Source: Fonticula alba ATCC 38817
Lineage: Eukaryota > Protista > Nucleariida
Assembly (NCBI GenBank): GCA_000388065.2
Contig: KB932201.1
Length of the DNA: 64,000 nucleotides
Strand: one strand, 5' to 3'
Shown here: one piece after another, positions 58,832 to 64,000 of the stretch
How the letters are laid out: each line of letters starts with the position of its first letter
Position numbering within the stretch: the first letter of the stretch is position 1
Made by a program: the position numbers and the translations under genes
Notes under the pieces: generated by a model
The model's input: only the letters and a program-made list of their open reading frames with translations
What the model was told of the DNA's origin: nothing
Database searches by the model: none

Positions 58832-60340
58832 TCAGGCGGAGTGTCCGCCATGGGAGCGGCCCGGGGCACGTCCTTCGCAGCGGCACCCGGCCAGCGCCTG
58901 CTCCAGGTGGCGAACACGCTGGCGCAGGCGATCCACGGTCTCCCGGAGATTTCGCTGTTGCAGGTGCTTATTTTCGCGGCACCGGCGTGCGGCAATGCGG
59001 TTCTTCGTTTGACGAACCTGCGCCCGACGAATGCGCTCACCCAGCTCCGGCAGCGACCGGGCGGTGAAGCTCTTGGCAGCCGGCAGCGGCATGGTCCGGG
59101 CGATGCTGACCGACCCCGGGCCCGAGGGCGCCTGCAGGGAGCCCTCCCGCTGAGCCAAGGGCCCAATGGCGTCATACAGGGCGAGGAAGTCCGCGGCCTT
59201 TGGGGTGGTGAATTCGAAAAAGCGCCCGGGCCCCGTGCCGGCTGCGCCGGCGGTCGCAACGACCGACCGTCGAATCGGAATTCGCAGACGCCCAGCCACC
59301 ACCACGCTGTCCGAGAAAATGGCAATGTCACAGGGCAATAGCGCCAAGGGCCGGCCAGCCGGGCGCCCAGTGTCCCGCAGAGCCTGGCTGATGGCCTGGC
59401 CCACCTCCTCGGGCGATGGGCCCAGGCCACCGGTCAGATCGGGTGTGGATCTTGGTGAAGAGGTGGCCTCCCGGTCGAGATCTGTCCACCAGTCGACATC
59501 GTCTTTGTCCGGGGCCGGAGCCGGGACACCACGCTTGAGAGCGGGGGCGAAGCGTGCACGCTTGCGACCGGCATCGGTGGCAGCCGGTGCCGTATGAGGC
59601 CGCAGGGCCGGCGAGCTGGCCGGTGGGGAGGTGGATTCATAGGCACCCAGCCGGTGGGATGCCGGTGGGGTGGTTGGATTTTCCGGCCATATCCGCGTGC
59701 TGCCGCCCTCCAACTTGATGAGATCCTGCACTTCGTCGCAGTTGCTGGAGGCTGAGGCGAAATCCGCCTCCAGAGCCACATCCAGGCCGGGCCCGACCTG
59801 CTGGGGATCGGCCTTGGCCATGGCAGGAAAAGATCCCCGCTCCGGCGGGGATCGACCAGCATCCTCCTCCGCCTTGCTGTGCCTCCGGTGCTCCGGCTCC
59901 TGGCCTTCCTTGGCCACCTCGTCCGGCCCGTCCGCCTCGCTTGCCTCATCTGCCTCGTCGTCCGCGGTGACGGTACTTTCCGCGGATCCCGTGGCCCCCG
60001 CGGACAAGCAAGCCTCCTCGCCCATGTGGCTGTCCATTGGAGTCGACGAATCCGACGGCGATGCGGCAGGTGGGCAGAATATCAAACTAAAAGCCTCCCC
60101 CGGGCAGGGCACCTCCATGTCGATAACCGGTGCGGTCGGGGCGGACATCCACGACATCCCCCGGGGATGGGAGAAAGTGCGCTGGAAAAGGTACTGGAAG
60201 TCCGTGAGCGACTGGTGCGAAGGGCAGGCCGCCGTTGAAGCCGGCCCGGCAATCTGACTCGACAGGCGCATGGCTGTTCCAGAGACCGAGCGGCACATGG
60301 AGATGCGCGCGCGAATGTCAGAATGGCTTGAACTTCGCAT
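58832..60340 (-). CDS. bZIP transcription factor with C-terminal basic leucine zipper; 5' end uncertain
   Basis: Long ORF with first ATG at 60340; a possible upstream exon begins at 60781. Basic region RRAQVRQTKNRIAARRCRENK is followed by heptad leucines LRETVDRLRQRVRHLEQAL. Confidence 0.8.
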   Translation of the reverse strand: MRSSSHSDIRARISMCRSVSGTAMRLSSQIAGPASTAACPSHQSLTDFQYLFQRTFSHPRGMSWMSAPTAPVIDMEVPCPGEAFSLIFCPPAASPSDSSTPMDSHMGEEACLSAGATGSAESTVTADDEADEASEADGPDEVAKEGQEPEHRRHSKAEEDAGRSPPERGSFPAMAKADPQQVGPGLDVALEADFASASSNCDEVQDLIKLEGGSTRIWPENPTTPPASHRLGAYESTSPPASSPALRPHTAPAATDAGRKRARFAPALKRGVPAPAPDKDDVDWWTDLDREATSSPRSTPDLTGGLGPSPEEVGQAISQALRDTGRPAGRPLALLPCDIAIFSDSVVVAGRLRIPIRRSVVATAGAAGTGPGRFFEFTTPKAADFLALYDAIGPLAQREGSLQAPSGPGSVSIARTMPLPAAKSFTARSLPELGERIRRAQVRQTKNRIAARRCRENKHLQQRNLRETVDRLRQRVRHLEQALAGCRCEGRAPGRSHGGHSA

Positions 60341-62454
60341 GAGCCCGGGGAGAAAGTGCACTTGAGCAGGGCTATATCACGGACACTCGAGTCGAGGCGG
60401 CCAGGCATTTTGGGTACTATTTTGGGGGAGAAACCAACTCCCGGTGCTCGGAAGTTCGCTTTGGCTCAGGATTGAGGCTTGCGGATCCTGCTCTGTTGGG
60501 AGGCACACTCGAGCGGTGAGTCAGGAGAGATGACCAGGGGGGGAGGGGGGGGGGGGGGGGGGAGAGAGAGAGAGAGAGAGAGAGAGGAGGGTGATCGGTA
60601 TCGATCGGGCGCGATGGGGGGGAGTGGAAATCCCGCGACGGGGGGACGCACCGAGCAGGACCGAACGGTCGCATGTCATGAGGGTCGCCATCCGGCCGAA
60701 GGCATCCGGCTGAGCGAGGGACTCGTGCTCCGGACCCGAATCGATCTCAAGGGCCCGGGTGTCAAGAAGTTGGCTGCTCATGTTGGTGTTTCTGAGAGGA
60801 GGGGGAGGGGGAGCCGATGCCGCCGCCGCTGGCGTTGCCGTTCAGAGGCTTGGAAGACAAAGAAGATGCAGGAAGATCGCGCACGGGAGGGGAGGAAAAG
60901 GTGGGGAAAGTCAACCGCACAGGCATGTGCTTGCTGGTCATGGCCAGGGACCGGCTGCCGTGGTCTAGCATGCTCCCCAAAAAGACCGAGATACGCGAGC
61001 GGAATGCCGCGATGCCCGGCCAGGCTCGACAACGGACGTCGGGGGATCCGGCGGCCGAGGACATGCAAGAGGAGAATCCAGGCCAACCGAGTGCCTCAAT
61101 CTCGCCCCTTCACCGTGGGCTTGGCCTCGGCCTGGCCCTGCCCCTGGTCGGTCCCTCGCCCGCTCCAAGAGCGGAGAGGGCCGGACGTCCTCCGGTGGCC
61201 TGGTGGCTACATCGTCTGCTCGGCATCCGAGATCGGTCTAGTGGCCCCCCCCNNNNNNNNNNNNNNNNNNNNNNNNNNNNNNNNNNNNNNNNNNNNNNNN
61301 NNNNNNNNNNNNNNNNNNNNNNNNNNNNNNNNNNNNNNNNNNNNNNNNNNNNNNNNNNNNNNNNNNNNNNNNNNNNNNNNNNNNNNNNNNNNNNNNNNNN
61401 NNNNNNNNNNNNNNNNNNNNNNNNNNNNNNNNNNNNNNNNNNNNNNNNNNNNNNNNNNNNNNNNNNNNNNNNNNNNNNNNNNNNNNNNNNNNNNNNNNNN
61501 NNNNNNNNNNNNNNNNNNNNNNNNNNNNNNNNNNNNNNNNNNNNNNNNNNNNNNNNNNNNNNNNNNNNNNNNNNNNNNNNNNNNNNNNNNNNNNNNNNNN
61601 NNNNNNNNNNNNNNNNNNNNNNNNNNNNNNNNNNNNNNNNNNNNNNNNNNNNNNNNNNNNNNNNNNNNNNNNNNNNNNNNNNNNNNNNNNNNNNNNNNNN
61701 NNNNNNNNNNNNNNNNNNNNNNNNNNNNNNNNNNNNNNNNNNNNNNNNNNNNNNNNNNNNNNNNNNNNNNNNNNNNNNNNNNNNNNNNNNNNNNNNNNNN
61801 NNNNNNNNNNNNNCACATGAATACTACAAAATTGAAACCCACGTTCATCCACACCCATCCAGTAGGAATTCCACGGAGAGGAGATGGAAAAGGGCGTGCA
61901 TACATTCAGCAGCAGGGAACAAAAAAAGGAAGAGTGAGAGGGGATTTTGTATTTTCGGTTTTGAGGTCGGTGCCCATTTGCGTGAGCACACATACTGCAA
62001 CGATACTCAGGCATGTAACCATATGTGGAGCGATAAAACGGAGACGACCAGCGCCTGCAAAGGAGCATATCCTTCAGGGAACACATCAGCTCCCTGTCCA
62101 AATTCGGCACCTCGCCAATGGTGCTGAGGCGCAAAAAGAGCACAGGGCAGAACGCTTCGTGGGGCTGTGACGCAGGATGTGCAAAGAAAGAGAGGCGCAA
62201 TGGATGGAATCGCAAGACACTGTCCCCTTCTTCAGGCTTCCCCCGCACTCCGCCCCCTTCGCCTCAAGAGGGAGGGGCGGCAGGCCCTAGACTTGGGAGC
62301 AAGCTGGACACAGAGCAGTCAACGAAGAGAGAGAGAGAGGGGGGGAGAGAAAGGAAGAAGAGGCAGGTCCCAGCGAGACATGCGGAGTGCTGCGCAATAC
62401 ACGCATTCACGCGCGCACACACACACACACGCACACACACACACACATGTGCGC

Positions 62455-63485
62455 TTAGTAGTTGCTGAGAAGCAGGCGAGAGATGATCATGCGCTGGATC
62501 TGAGAGGTGCCCTCGTAGATCTGGAAGATCTTGGCGTCACGCATGAGCTTCTCCACCGGGTACTCGGTGTTGTAGCCGTTGCCGCCGAAGATCTGGACGG
62601 CATCGGTGGCGTTCTTGTTGGCAACGTCACTGGCCAGGGCCTTGGCAATGGAGGCGTAGTAGGTGTTGCGGCGACCCTGGTCGATCTCGTAGGCAGCGCG
62701 CCAGACGGCCAGACGGGAAGTCTCAACACCAATGGCCATGTCAGCCAGCATGAAGGCGACGGCCTGGTGCTCGGAGATGGGCTTGCCCATGGTCTTGCGC
62801 TCGAGCGAATAGCGAGCCGCCTCGTCCATGGCACGGCGAGCCACACCGACAGCCCCGGCGCCAACCAGCGGGCGGGTGATGTCGAAGGCACCCATGGCGA
62901 TCTGTCGGGATGGGTGGCAAAGGCAGAGGTCGATGGAAGCGATGGCGAGGGGGAGGGGAGGGGGGGAGGGGGAGGGGGAGGGTGTTAGGCGCTTCAAAAG
63001 GGGCAGGGCGCCCCCCGCCAGGCATGCTTGAACGCCGTGGGGCGAGGGGCGAGCACCGAGCACACTGGGTGGAAAGGAAGGACGTACCTTGAAGCCCTCG
63101 CCCTCGGCACCAAGGCGGTTGCAATCGGGAACAACCACATCCTCGAAGGTGATGCCGCGGGTGTCGGAGCACCGCTGGCCCATGTTCATCTCCTTGCGGC
63201 CGACAGTGATACCCGGGGTGTCCTTGTCGACGATGAAGCAGGTGAAGGCGCGCCCGGCGTTGGCGTTCGGGTCGCTGCGAGCCAGGACATAGTACCAGTT
63301 GGCCACGGAGCCGTTGGTAATCCACATCTTCTGGCCGTTGATGACCCACTCGTCGCCCTTCTTCACGGCAGTGGTCTTGATGCCAGCGACATCCGAGCCG
63401 GCAACTGGGGGAGCAGGAGTGCGCAGGAGGATGTCAGAAAGAGCAGGGTGGACATGTCCCGGAATGCCGCAGTCAACGGCGTCGG

Positions 63486-63564
<79 letters not shown>

Positions 63565-63887
63565 CGGAAAAGCCGGGGAGATGAGACCGGTGCGCGTGCT
63601 GCACGTACCGGGCTCAGTGACGCAGTACGCGGCCATCAGGCACTCCTCGGTCATGCGGCCGAGATACTTCTTCTTCTGCTCGTCATTGGCGGCCAGGATG
63701 AGCGGGGCCTCGGCCAGGTTGTTGCCCTCGATGGCGGTGGAGATACCGGAGCAGCCATAGGCCAGCTCCTCCGAGAGGATGGCGCCGTCCAGGGCACCGA
63801 GACCAAGGCCACCATACTCAGCGGGAATGTGGGTGTTCATCAGGCCGGTCTCCCAGGCAGCCTTGACGATATCCCAAGGGTACTTGG
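62455..63887 (-). CDS. ACADM: Medium-chain acyl-CoA dehydrogenase, 3' part (5' exons outside the window)
   Basis: Exons 63887-63609, 63404-63088, 62901-62455. [58 protein letters not shown]. Confidence 0.95.
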
Positions 63888-64000
63888 CTGCGGGAGGGGG
63901 GTGGGGGGGGGGGGGATAGGATAAGTCAGCACTGAGTGCAGGGCGCGCAACAGGGGGAGCGGGGGGCACGGGCGAACCACCAATGTGCAAGGTGAAGCGC

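Noticed and set aside
61814-62250. Lower-GC segment after the 561-N gap
   Set aside because: No coding or RNA signature; consistent with the ACADM 3' region or intergenic DNA, and too short to call foreign.
63487-63564. 78-nt poly-G run in an ACADM intron (G-quadruplex or poly-Pro insert)
   Set aside because: Homopolymer length is unreliable and it lies in a canonical GT-AG intron; the poly-Pro comes from ORF read-through.

Overview
Draft-assembly window (8 N-gaps) of a GC-rich, intron-rich unicellular eukaryote. Donors are mostly GT(A/G)CG(T/C), branch points CTGAC/CTAAC, and introns are full of (CT)n, (CA)n and poly-C. The gene set looks opisthokont; a Fonticula-like holomycotan is my inference. 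I traced exon models by hand for 15 protein-coding genes. In order: BZZ1-like F-BAR/C1/SH3, SDS22-type LRR protein, uL30m, RPS26, bL35m, ATP11, a ~2000-aa PH-PH-ARM-PB1-WH2-WH2-CA protein, a tandem-DEP protein, a 13x HTH array protein, an RNI-type LRR protein, SMC3, uL24m, a membrane-anchored ADAMTS-like protease, SEC23 and DESI2. Two further genes, a bZIP factor and ACADM, have an uncertain or missing 5' end. There is also a tRNA-Leu(AAG) and an intronic box C/D snoRNA. No CRISPR, rRNA or intact transposon is visible. Top candidates for novelty: (1) an apparently new class of Arp2/3 nucleation-promoting factor with split WH2 motifs, (2) a 13-unit tandem HTH array, (3) an LRR gene with one repeat per symmetric phase-1 exon, (4) a TM-anchored ADAMTS-like protease in a non-animal, and (5) a snoRNA cluster in an RPS26 intron. 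All domain calls come from recalled consensus motifs; no searches were run.
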